From an uncultured Chloroflexia bacterium (lineage in GTDB: Bacteria; Chloroflexota; Anaerolineae; Anaerolineales; Villigracilaceae), in contig CAWDUZ010000004.1 in assembly GCA_963805515.1 (NCBI GenBank), positions 118,105-182,104 of the forward strand: DNA of 64,000 nucleotides. The letters are read 5' to 3'. This document shows positions 11,133 to 20,234 of the stretch, piece after piece. Each line of letters starts with the position of its first letter. The first letter of the stretch is position 1. Both the position numbers and the translations under genes were made by a program. Under the pieces are notes generated by a model, which was given only the letters and a program-made list of their open reading frames with translations, searched no databases and was not told the DNA's origin.

Positions 11133-11660
11133 CTATGCCTGCACGGTGGCGAAAGCGTACTGATATTTTTTCTTCCCCGTCAGTGAATAATAGCGTGCGA
11201 TTTTCCGCGGTCGAATTGCAGCGGCATATACCCCATTAGAAAAAGAAGGCGGTGAGGCGACGTGCCACTTGTTCTTCGCTATCGTCGAAGGATGAGGAAG
11301 CGGAGCAGAATCGGCAAGAGATGCAAAGGAAGAAAAATGGCGTTCGAGGCCGCTTATATCCTTGGCGCAACTATCCTTCGCTACTTGCCCCGCTGATGTT
11401 CGAAGGGTATTGTCTACATCAGAATTGAACATAGAGAAACTGCGACCGGCTACTTGTAAACCACTCAACCTTGATGCCAAAATAAATCCGAGATAAATAA
11501 CTCCGATCCAGAGTATGGGAGAATGCACTGCAATCGTAACGGCACCAGCAGAGATAATGCCGCAAGAATATATAGACGGTTTCTTGTCGCTACTCCTGGA
11601 CCACTGCTCCTTAAATGTTTTTTCGTTCTGTTGTGCTACGATGATCTGAGATCCTGCCAA
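11133..11660 (-). CDS. Hypothetical membrane protein (2 predicted TM helices near the N-terminus)
   Basis: 175-aa ORF; hydrophobic stretches AGAVTIAVHSPILWIGVIYLGFILA; in the low-GC island. Confidence 0.35.
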   Translation of the reverse strand: MAGSQIIVAQQNEKTFKEQWSRSSDKKPSIYSCGIISAGAVTIAVHSPILWIGVIYLGFILASRLSGLQVAGRSFSMFNSDVDNTLRTSAGQVAKDSCAKDISGLERHFSSFASLADSAPLPHPSTIAKNKWHVASPPSFSNGVYAAAIRPRKIARYYSLTGKKKYQYAFATVQA

Positions 11661-12347
11661 ATCCGATCCTTCTCATGTTGGATTTGTTGAGATATGTGGT
11701 TTCTTGCAGCGAGTTAGGGGCTCCCTTAGCTGTGTGTTCGTGTTGAGTTCACTTTGTCTCTGGTGCCTGTTTGCTTTTGTCTGAGCACGGGTCTGATTTG
11801 TGTGGGATGATTGCGACGCTTCGGCCCGAGCGTAGCCGTTGGATGTCGGAGGCTGTTCGCCAGCAGGTACCGTCGTGGGCTTGACGTTCAATTGGATCTG
11901 ACAGGACTCTGTAGGTCTTGCATCGACTTTGACCTGTGCCTCATGAGAGTCGCCCCTATCTGGGGTGGCTCTCTTAGGCTAGCCTGTCTGTACGCCGAGC
12001 GTATTTCCTGTGGCGCAAGCTATTTCCTGATATGCCCAAAAATCCATAGCAATTAAACCTGTTCATATTCCTCACCTAGCATAGAATCGACCTCGAATCG
12101 GCGTCGCCAAACTCATCCCTAATGAACCTGTGCAATCACGGCAGGCTCTCGCAAGCGTTACCGTCACTATCCGAATCGAGCCTGTGGATATCCCCGTGGC
12201 CAATGGATTTGCAGTAGTCGTAACATGCCTGCGCGCTGGCATGCTGCCAGAAAAATCGCCGCAGTTATAGAGATTGCCGCTGCACGAACACGCCGCCGCC
12301 CCGCCGGTGCCTGGTGCTGTTGGCAGAGGTGCGCAGGGTCGGTATGG

Positions 12348-12890
12348 TTAGCGGAGCTGCCCAAATTCCAAGACTGTGTCGGCAGATGCCGCTTGTTCGA
12401 CCGCCTGGAAAGCAGGGATACAGGCCGTATCCGGAGGATAGGAGGCCGCTTTTGCAAATGCCAGTGCCACGAGTTCGTAATTAACGAAGACTTTGTCAAC
12501 GATCACGTAGCGCAGCAAGCGTCCGTATCTGTCGGTCTCGGAAACATCCTTGAACAACAAAGCATCCTTGCCAAAAACCAATTCTGTATTCTTCGCGCTG
12601 GCCTCTGCCGCATAATATTGGATGCCGCCGCTCATTTCGGGAGTGTCCATGCCGATATAGCGCACAGAGTATGTTTTCCCATCCCCATCCAGCATGACCT
12701 TGATCGTGTCACCGTCTACTACTTGGACGACTTTGCCGTGCTCTGGTGGATTGGTCGGAATGCAGCCTGCGCCGTTGATGCCAGATAGGTCGGCGATTGC
12801 TGGAAGTGGGATTGCCGTCTCCGTTGCCAGCGGTGGTGGCTGCGATGGGTGTCGCCGTAGCTTGCGCCATGGGCGTACTTACACTGAGCG
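12348..12890 (-). pseudogene. Staphylococcal-nuclease (SNase/thermonuclease)-like domain, N-terminally degraded. The same frame upstream contains two TAA stops, then a TM helix
   Basis: ...GKVVQVVDGDTIKVMLDGDGKTYSVRYIGMDTPE...TDRYGRLLRYV...VNYELVALAFA is an SNase domain. The conserved VVDGDTIKV lies upstream of the first ATG. In the same frame further up come ...SRRHQS*ARSV*VRPWRK... and then the TM segment ILLIGGGILSSLCLLLLCSAVVL. Confidence 0.55.
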
Positions 12891-12982
12891 TGCTTAGCTT
12901 TGATGCCGACGCGATCCAAAAACGGACGTGTTGATAGCACCGTAATCAAGCGTCGGCTGCGGCGCGGCGAAGTTCATCCGAC

Positions 12983-13372
12983 TTAACACAACAGCGGAGC
13001 AGAGCAGCAGCAGACATAGGCTTGAAAGAATTCCCCCGCCGATAAGCAGGATCTGCGTGACGTTTCCTCCGCCTTTTCGCCGTGGCGGTAATCCCTGGTT
13101 AGCGCCGTAGTTGGGAGGCGGCTTGGTCGGTCGGACTGCGCCTTTGGCTGACCGGGATAATTCTGGTTGAAACTAAGCGGGCTCGATGCAAGGAGATTGT
13201 CGCCCGTATAGGACATGCCCGTGCCGGGCAGGGATACGGTCGGGAGAACGCCCCGCCTTCCAACATTCATATGAAAGCCCTTGCCGCCAATAGATGTGCT
13301 TAGTCCACCCTTGCTTAGATCGACTTTTACGCCCGGAAAAATCTTGAGTGAACGACGGAAGCGAAAAGGCAT
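12983..13372 (-). CDS. DUF4236 domain protein. It is probably the N-terminal part of a degraded DUF4236-TM-SNase membrane nuclease (a frame change joins it to the TM segment)
   Basis: MPFRFRRSLKIFPGVKVDLSKGGLSTSIGGKGFHMNVGRRGVLPTVSLPGTGMSYTG matches the DUF4236 N-terminal repeat signature. An alternative frame from about 13150 encodes a Pro-rich linker plus TM helix continuous with the SNase frame. Confidence 0.55.
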   Translation of the reverse strand: MPFRFRRSLKIFPGVKVDLSKGGLSTSIGGKGFHMNVGRRGVLPTVSLPGTGMSYTGDNLLASSPLSFNQNYPGQPKAQSDRPSRLPTTALTRDYRHGEKAEETSRRSCLSAGEFFQAYVCCCSAPLLC

Positions 13373-13457
13373 AGTATCCCTCCATCCTGCCAACTATCAT
13401 CGTACACATTTCCGGTAGAGTTTACAAGTGCCTTTCGCACCCTGATTCCGCTAGGAA

Positions 13458-14239
13458 TTAGGCCGCCTGCCCCTCATACTTCACGATTCCCCGGCACTGC
13501 GGATAATTCGCGCATCCCCAGAACTGCCCGCCCTGGTTGGTCCCGCTCTTTGCCGTTCTCAGCACCATCTCCCCGCCGCATTTCGGACAGCACGGCGCAC
13601 TGTTTTGTTTTTCGATCACCACCGGTTGGACCGGCGTTTCGGCCTTCGGCAAGCCCATGTGCTGGCGCAACGCCGCAGGTTAGCTCCGTCACCGAATATG
13701 CCTGCCGCACCGGGATTTCAGCAGCGGCAGCTTTGCCGCCTCTGAAAACCCTCTCCACGAACTCATCCCTCCCCTGCCTGTCGCTCCGCTGGTGACTCTT
13801 ATCATCCAGTTCTATGCCCAGCAGCGGCCCGCGCCGTCTTCGGCTCGCACACCAGGAAATCCACATGCTTCCGGTCGATCTTATTTGTCAGCGTCCTGTA
13901 CTTGCTCGCATCGTTCGACCTCACATAGAACAGATCGTGCAGCCCCACCTTCGGGCAGATCAAAGCCCAGTCCGCCACGACATGCTTCAGCACCAGATAG
14001 AAGTTCTGCTCCGCGGGGGATAGGAAGTCATCCCTCACCAGGTACGGATATTCCGGCGGCCCCGCCGGCTTCGGGTCATTTCTCCGACAGCAGGTCCACG
14101 ATCCGATCGACAATATCATCGACCGCCTCGGTCGACAGCCCGATGGTCCGCAATATCGAGCGCAGCAGTGAGAACTTTTCTTGAAGATGGCATGCTTGAC
14201 TGTCCGCCTCTTGTTCAATTTATCCGGTTTCGGCGTCAA
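13458..14239 (-). pseudogene. DUF2726 (NERD-like nuclease-related) domain protein with C-terminal topoisomerase-type C4 zinc ribbon, split over 3 frames
   Basis: ORF 13802-14239: ...FLSPAEQNFYLVLKHVV...HVDFLVCEPKTAR. ORF 13474-13866: PLLGIELDDKSHQRSDRQGRDEFVERVF (DUF2726 core). ORF 13458-13670: CPKCGGEMVLRTAKSGTNQGGQFWGCANYPQCRG (zf-C4_Topoisom). Frame changes at about 13850 and 13690. Confidence 0.55.
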
Positions 14240-14520
14240 TTCTGCCTACCGAACTATAACGTATCCACTGGAGTAAGCCGATGATACCCCCGATCGGCTC
14301 CGCCAAGATTACCAAAGCCGTTAAGTCGGCTGCCGTGACGCAATACCATCTGAGATGATCAGATCCCGCCGCTTGTTCTTCCCGTTTTCCCATGAGTGCT
14401 AATGAGATTTTTGCTCGCCTCATCCCCTTTCCAATTCCTCTATTACCGACTCCGACCGGGGCCCGTAACCGCGGTGCATACTAGCGTGCTTACCCAATTC
14501 TCATTTTCCCCCGGAGCGTC

Positions 14521-15060
14521 GTCTTCGGGCCACAAAGCGCCCTTTCCCAAAACATTGTAGTACTAATACAAGGGCGTACAAGGACGTACAAACTTTGTCC
14601 TTGACCATAGAACACATGTTCCCTATAATGATCGAAGGGAACTACCATGCTTACAACTCACTTTGCCTCCGCTCATCCGACGTTGGACCCCCGACTTTTG
14701 ACGTTACACCGTCTATCCATCTCTCATCTGTACATACCAAGGTGTTCTTCGCAGAGCGCGCTTTACTCGAAAAGAAGCGCATTGTTCCCCGGAGGCGTTC
14801 TCCAGCCGAGGCCAGGTGCAGGACGTTCTTCCCTGCAAAGGTGTCTCCTGCATCTCTCTCATACCAGAATGTTCTTTGCGGAGCACGCTTTACTCGACTA
14901 GGAACGCCATTGATCCTCATTGTTTTTCTAGAGAGCAAGGTGGTAAAAAGCCGGTTTTCGACCCCCATATATGGCCGGCCTACCCGTGCGCAGCGTCCCA
15001 ATGTCCATATATGGCCTCGCATTGACCCTCCGAAAGAGCCTCAAAATCGGCATTTTTCAA
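14521..15060 (-). repeat. Dispersed repeat element, copy A (inverted relative to copy C at 54380-55030). Its end module is 2x CGYCCTTGTR 10-mers, the TAGTACTA palindrome and TACAAT; the body shares ccatatatggc palindromes
   Basis: The revcomp of 14521-14590 is near-identical to 54961-55030. 14880-15010 is about 90% identical to the revcomp of 54440-54560. The embedded ORFs share the peptide IDPHCFSREQGGKKPVFDPHIWPAY. Confidence 0.6.
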
Positions 15061-15263
15061 TGGAGAGGTGGAAAGCGCCGTACCGCCTCTTGATGCCCAA
15101 CCTTCGGCGTTTAACCGAGCCAGCGCTCAGTGCGTACGCTATCAGGTTATACAATTATCAAACTCTTCAACTAGGAGACGATGGGATTACCGTATGTACT
15201 ATTCGAACCTCATTCGAGATTCGCATTGCGCAATGTATTCCCGCTACTTACTGCGTTCACTCG

Positions 15264-15678
15264 TCACTGCCAACCGCCAAGCTTCCGTCGCCACTCTTCG
15301 GGCACGGGGATCGTCTGATGGCTGTGGTAGTCATACGCCACGAGCACCACTTCGCCGCTGGCATGGACCTGCGTGCCCATCTCATCCTCAACGGTCTCTT
15401 CCAGGGTGATGGACTTGTTTCCGATCTTGATCGTCCGCACCCCTACCCTGATGGGCGCACCCAGGAATACCGGCGCCAGGTACTTGATGTGGATGTCGGC
15501 AACGATCACCCCGATATCCATGAACGACTTGTCTTTGGAGAACAGCCCCAGCGCCGCGAAATACTGGATGCGGGCCTGCTCAAAGTAGGTCAGGTACTTG
15601 GCGTTGTTGAGGTGCCCCTGCGGATCCAGGTCACCGTATCGCACTTCCATCGGATGAAAGAATTTGTGCTCGTCCATG
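15264..15678 (-). CDS. Acyl-CoA thioesterase (4HBT/YbgC-like hotdog fold)
   Basis: MDEHKFFHPMEVRYGDLDPQGHLNNAKYLTYFEQARIQYF...; this is the 3' part of the long ORF 15264-16706, whose upstream portion is antisense to the sortase gene. Confidence 0.7.
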
Positions 15679-15799
15679 ATGAAGCGATTATACCGTCCGC
15701 AAATTAAGTCCGGAGCACCTTGCGATCCCATGATAAAGACCATTATGGTCGGCATGGCGCGTATTTGTGCAAACCGAGCGCGGTATAATCGCCTCTGCC

Positions 15800-16003
15800 A
15801 TGCCCAGACGTAAAGCGCCCGAAGACCTGTCGGTAGAGGAGTTGCGGCGTCTGCTGATCGAAAAGAGACGTGGCCCCCGGCGCGAGCGGCTGGAACATTT
15901 CCGGCAGACAGGGCGTGTGGTTGCGCCCGAGCTGATGAACGACCGCAACTCGGCGCCGGTGGTGGATACGCCCGAAGCCGCGGCTGACGATCGGACCGTC
16001 TGA
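15800..16003 (+). CDS. Hypothetical small basic protein (67 aa)
   Basis: ATG lies about 6 nt after a perfect TATAAT -10 box (15789-15794). MPRRKAPEDLSVEELRRLLIEKRR...; no known domain. Confidence 0.25.
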   Translation: MPRRKAPEDLSVEELRRLLIEKRRGPRRERLEHFRQTGRVVAPELMNDRNSAPVVDTPEAAADDRTV

Positions 16004-16040
16004 TCGCCGGGAAACCCCAAAGACGCCGCGCCGCCGCCTG

Positions 16041-16712
16041 ATGGACAGATTGCTGCTCGGCGTGGAATTGCTGGGGGTTCTGGGCCTGGTAGGAGTGTTG
16101 TTCAGCGGGCTGGGCATGCTGAGGGATCTGAACCGTGAAGTTGCTGCGGCGCTCCATCCCGCAACGCCCACACCCACCCCACTGGTAATGGCTGTGGTAC
16201 TGCCATCGGGGCATACGCCTCCCGATGCGCAGGGCAACACACGTCCGAACGATGCGGAGATCCCCGAGCATCTGCGCCCGATGATGCAATCGCTGGCGAA
16301 CCTGCCGGCTCCGACACCCGGAGTGCAGCAGGCCGTGCGCATCGAGATCCCGTCGATCAAGATCGATGCGCCGGTGGTGCAGGGTGATGGCTGGGAACAA
16401 CTGAAGAAGGGCGTCGCGCAGCACATCGGCTCGGCCGACCCCGGCGACTCGGGCAACGTGGTGCTTTCGGCCCACGATGACGTCTACGGCGAGCTCTTCC
16501 GCAACCTCGACAAGCTCCACCCCGGCGACGAAGTGCGGTTGTACACGCAGCAACGGCAATTCGTGTACGTCATCGACCGGACGGAGATCGTGGAGCCGAC
16601 GGCGGTGGAAGTGATGGCTTCGGCGGGCGCGCCGACCGTGACGCTGATCTCCTGCTATCCGTACCTGGTGGACAAGCAGCGCATCGTGGTCTTTGCCCGG
16701 CTGCAAAATTAA
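16041..16712 (+). CDS. Class E sortase (transpeptidase) with N-terminal membrane anchor
   Basis: Catalytic His (VVLSAHDD), the TLxTC-type Cys motif (TLISCYPY) and the conserved Arg (QRIVVFARL). Confidence 0.75.
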   Translation: MDRLLLGVELLGVLGLVGVLFSGLGMLRDLNREVAAALHPATPTPTPLVMAVVLPSGHTPPDAQGNTRPNDAEIPEHLRPMMQSLANLPAPTPGVQQAVRIEIPSIKIDAPVVQGDGWEQLKKGVAQHIGSADPGDSGNVVLSAHDDVYGELFRNLDKLHPGDEVRLYTQQRQFVYVIDRTEIVEPTAVEVMASAGAPTVTLISCYPYLVDKQRIVVFARLQN

Positions 16713-16774
16713 GTCAACAGCATTGCGAGTTGCAGAAGATGCGGCCGCAGTGACAACCTTGAAGGAGAATTCTC

Positions 16775-16957
16775 ATGCCCAAAAAGAGTAGACGACAAGT
16801 GAGCAAGTCCGCCGCATTCATGCCTGCGACCCCCGCCCCGCGCGTGACGGAGTTCAACCCCGACTATACGTATATCAAGCGCGACCTTGGCCGCATCGGT
16901 ACACTGGCGGGAGGCTTCTTTGTGGTGCTCGTGATCCTGGCGTTCATCCTGCGGTAG
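16775..16957 (+). CDS. Small membrane protein (60 aa), hypothetical
   Basis: Strong SD (GAAGGAGAA) 7 nt upstream. C-terminal TM helix GGFFVVLVILAFIL. Confidence 0.4.
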   Translation: MPKKSRRQVSKSAAFMPATPAPRVTEFNPDYTYIKRDLGRIGTLAGGFFVVLVILAFILR

Positions 16958-17045
16958 GACGCCCTTCGAGACCGCAGAAACGATGTTCAGTCATGCAGAT
17001 CGGGCAGGCATCAGGCCTGCCCCTACTCTTTAATGATCAACAGCC

Positions 17046-18353
17046 ATGGATGACCAAATCTTCGACCTGACACTATCGGCCTTCACGTACGGCGGCGATA
17101 CGCTCGGACGCATCCCGCCAGCGGAGGCGGGGAAACCCGACCGGGCGGTCTTCGTGCCGTTCGGCCTGCCGGGGGAGAGGGTGCGCATCCGGCTGGTGGA
17201 GCAGAAGCGCGGCTTTGCCCGTGGCGAACTGCTGGAGGTGCTCGAGCCGGCGCCCGAACGCATCATGCCGCGCTGCAAGCACTTCGGCGTGTGCGGTGGA
17301 TGCCACTATCAGCACATGCCCTATGAGATGCAACTCAAGGCCAAGACGGAAATCCTGCGGGATCAGCTGCGGCGCATCGGCCATATCGAGAACGCACCGG
17401 TGCAGGAGGCCGTCGCCTGCCCTGAGCCGTATTACTATCGCAACCAGGTGCAGTTCCATCTGACGGCGGAGGGCAAGCTCGGATACGTGCGGGCCGGAAT
17501 GATCGAGCGCGCTGCGGACGAGTCGCACAGGCACAGAACCGCACCCAGCGTGTTGCCGATCACCGAGTGTCACCTGCCAGAGGGCGCCATCAACAGCCTG
17601 TGGCCGCAGCTCGAATTCGAGCCGGGGATAGACATCGAGCGTGTCTCCATAAGGCAGGGCAAGGATGAGGAGCTGATGGTGGGCCTGGAATCCGATGCAC
17701 CCGATCTGCCGGAGCTGGAGATCGAGGCAGGCGTTTCAGTGGCGCATATTTATGAAGAGCATGCTGCGGTGTTAGCGGGCGGCGACCATGTGACCATGCA
17801 GGTGCTGGGCCGCGACTTCCAGGTGTCGGCGGCCTCCTTCTTTCAGGTGAACACGGCGATGGCAGAAAAAATGGTGGAGCACGTGCTCGCCAACCTGCCA
17901 AGCGAACGCTCCACCATTCTGGATGTGTATTGCGGGGTGGGATTGTTCAGCGCGTTCCTGAGCGGCGAAGTGCGAGCGGCTGATCGCCATCGAGTCGTCG
18001 GAGGCGGCTTGCGAAGATTTCACGGTGAACCTGGAGGAGTTCGACAACGTGGAGCTTTACGAGGATGCGGCGGAGAACGTGCTGCCGGCGTTGGATGTGA
18101 AGCCGGACATTATCCTGGTGGACCCGCCGCGGGCGGGGCTGCAAACGGAGGCACTGGACGCAATCGTGAAGATGAAGCCGGGTACCGTTATCTACGTCTC
18201 GTGTGACCCGTCGACGCTGGCGCGGGATGCTGCCGGCTGCTGAAGGGAGGCTATGAGCTGAGATCGGTGACGCCGTTCGACCTGTTCCCGCAGACGTATC
18301 ATATCGAGAGCATCAGCTGGTTTGAAGCGGGATCAGTAACCAGTAAGCAGTAA
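17046..18353 (+). CDS. rlmD: 23S rRNA (uracil-5-)-methyltransferase RlmD/RumA family (TRAM domain + 4Fe-4S Cys cluster + SAM MTase). It has 2 apparent single-base frameshifts
   Basis: TRAM N-terminus, [33 protein letters not shown]. Then, in shifted frames, [16 protein letters not shown]...[11 protein letters not shown]...[14 protein letters not shown] and [30 protein letters not shown]. Shifts at about 17966 and 18228; true stop TAA at 18351-18353. Confidence 0.75.
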
Positions 18354-18552
18354 TCAGTGAGCAGTTGATGGTGGAGGCGAGGGGTTGGCGGGCTTCCCTT
18401 GACGGGGAAGGCGGACAAACCAAGCGCGAGAACGTAGAAGAACAAGGGGAGAGAAGTTGAACCAAGCGAGGGAGGAAAGTATTACTGCTTGTTGCATAAA
18501 TATCTAAACAGGTCGTAATCGGCAGCAGGGCAGAAAGTAATATTCAGGTTTA

Positions 18553-18599
18553 GATAATTACGCAGTACCTTGTAGACAATTACGCAGTACCCTGTAAGA
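18553..18599 (+). promoter_or_regulatory. Tandem 23-bp direct repeat (AATTACGCAGTACCYTGTARA x2) overlapping a putative promoter 20 nt upstream of pxpB. Candidate operator for the pxpBCA operon
   Basis: ataattacgcagtaccttgtagac / aattacgcagtaccctgtaagat. TTGTAG-N17-TAAGAT is sigma70-like. A 9-bp inverted repeat (tatctaaac/gtttagata) lies just upstream. Confidence 0.35.
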
Positions 18600-18619
18600 T
18601 TGGGCAGAGGAAGCAAGCG

Positions 18620-19292
18620 GTGAATCAAGACGATAGGGTGAAGATCGTGCCGCTCGGGGATGCGGCGCTGCTGGTGCTGTATGGCGATGAGATCGAGCTT
18701 GCGACCAACCAGCGCGTGCATGCGCTGGATGCGCGGCTGAGGGCGAAAGCGATCAGCGGCGTGATCGAGATGGTGCCGGCGTACGCGAGCCTGGTGGTCC
18801 ATTACGATCCGCTGAGGTTGACGTACGCGGAGGTGATGGACTGGGTGAGGGCGGAAATGCCCGTGTGGAAGCAGGGGCTGCTCGAAAGGCCGCGGCGCGT
18901 GGAGGTTCCGGTGCGCTACGGCGGCGAGGAAGGGCCTGACCTGGAATTCGTCGCGGCGTACCATCGAGTGAGCACGGAGGAAATCGTGCGGCGGCATACG
19001 AGCCGCGATTACACGGTGTTCATGATGGGGTTCACGCCGGGCTTCCCCTACATGGGCAAGCTGGAGGAGGGGATCGCGACGCCGAGGCTGGAGACGCCGC
19101 GCACGCGGGTGCCGGCGGGGTCGGTGGGGATTGCGGGGGCGCAGACCGGGATCTACCCGATCGAGTTCGCCGGGCGGGTGGAGGCTGATCGGGCGGACGT
19201 CGCTGCGGTTGTTCGACCCGGAGGCGGAAGAGCCATTCCTTTTTTCGCCGGGGGACAGCGTGCGCTTCGTCGCGGAGGCGCTGGATGCTTGA
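18620..19292 (+). CDS. pxpB: 5-oxoprolinase subunit B (PxpB; KipI/allophanate hydrolase subunit 1 family). There is a frameshift near 19170
   Basis: GTG start. ...[13 protein letters not shown]...GIYPIE, then in the shifted frame [42 protein letters not shown]. Confidence 0.75.
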
Positions 19293-20234
19293 GGTGTTGG
19301 AAGCTGGCGGACTGGCGACGGTGCAGGATGAGGGGCGGCTTGGATGGAGGCGGTACGGGGTGCCAGCCGCGGGGCCGATGGATGCGTTTGCTTTCAGGGC
19401 CGCGAACCTACTGGCTGGCAATGAAGAAGATGCGGCGGCGCTGGAGGTGGGAGCAGGCGACCTGGTGCTGAGGGCGACGTATGATTGCGTGGTGGCGGTG
19501 ACGGGAGCGGGGTATCAAGCTGTCGGTGGGACCGTGGGACGTTCACACTGTGGGGCTCGTATTTTGTCAGGGGCGGCTGGACGATCCGGCTCAACAAGCT
19601 GGGCTTCGGGATGTGGGCCTACGTCGCAGTGGCGGGAGGATTGGATGCGCCGAGGGTGCTCGGCTCACGCTCCACCTATATGCGCGGGCGGTTCGGGGGG
19701 ATGGACGGGAAGGCTGCTGCAAGCGGGGGATGAGCTGAAGATCGAGAGGCCGACGCCGCGGTCTGATGGAGGCGGCGGGGCGGAGCTCTGACTGAAGAGG
19801 CGCGGCCCGCGTATCGGTCGTACCCCATTGTAGATGTGGTGATGGGGCCGCAGAACGATCAGTTCGACGAGGAGAACGTGAGCAGGTTCCTATCGGGGAC
19901 GTACTGGGTGAGCGGGGCGTCGGACCGGATGGGATACCGGTTGCAGGGGCCGCGGCTGGAACGGAAGAGCCGAGCGGAGCTTACGTCGGAGGGGATGGCG
20001 ATGGGATCGATCCAGGTGCCGGCGGATGGGCAGCCGATCGTGATGATGGCGGACAGTGCGACAACGGGAGGGTATCCGAAGATCGCATGCGTGACGAAGG
20101 CGGACATGCCGCTGCTGGCGCAGTGCACGCCGGGGAGGGATGAGGTGCGCTTCCGGGAGGTGAGCGTGGAGGCGGCGCAGGAGAAGTATCGGGAGACGAT
20201 GCGGAGGATGAGGGGAGGGGTGGAGGATTTTTGA
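19285..20234 (+). CDS. pxpC: 5-oxoprolinase subunit C (PxpC; KipA/allophanate hydrolase subunit 2 family), spread over 3 or more ORF pieces
   Basis: [31 protein letters not shown]...; then ...[43 protein letters not shown]...; then ...QGPRLERKS...[30 protein letters not shown].... The start overlaps the pxpB stop (ATGCTTGA). Confidence 0.7.

Larger units (their letters stand above)
9610..12100. other. Low-GC (about 38-45% GC) putative horizontally acquired island within a 60-65% GC background
   Basis: Clear compositional shift, e.g. 10021-10080 is about 38% GC. It carries the DUF3800 gene and unknown ORFs plus about 500 bp of non-coding sequence (11660-12170). Confidence 0.5.

Noticed and set aside
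12167-12499. ORF 12167-12499(-) and ORF 12225-12788(+) overlapping the SNase domain
   Set aside because: They are out of frame with, or antisense to, the clearly homologous nuclease domain; no independent support.
14595-16706. Long ORFs 14595-15707(+) and 15264-16706(-)
   Set aside because: Only the 3' 415 nt of the minus ORF (the thioesterase) has protein homology. The remainder is antisense to the sortase and small-protein genes or spans repeat element A. The plus ORF is antisense to the thioesterase and runs through the repeat.
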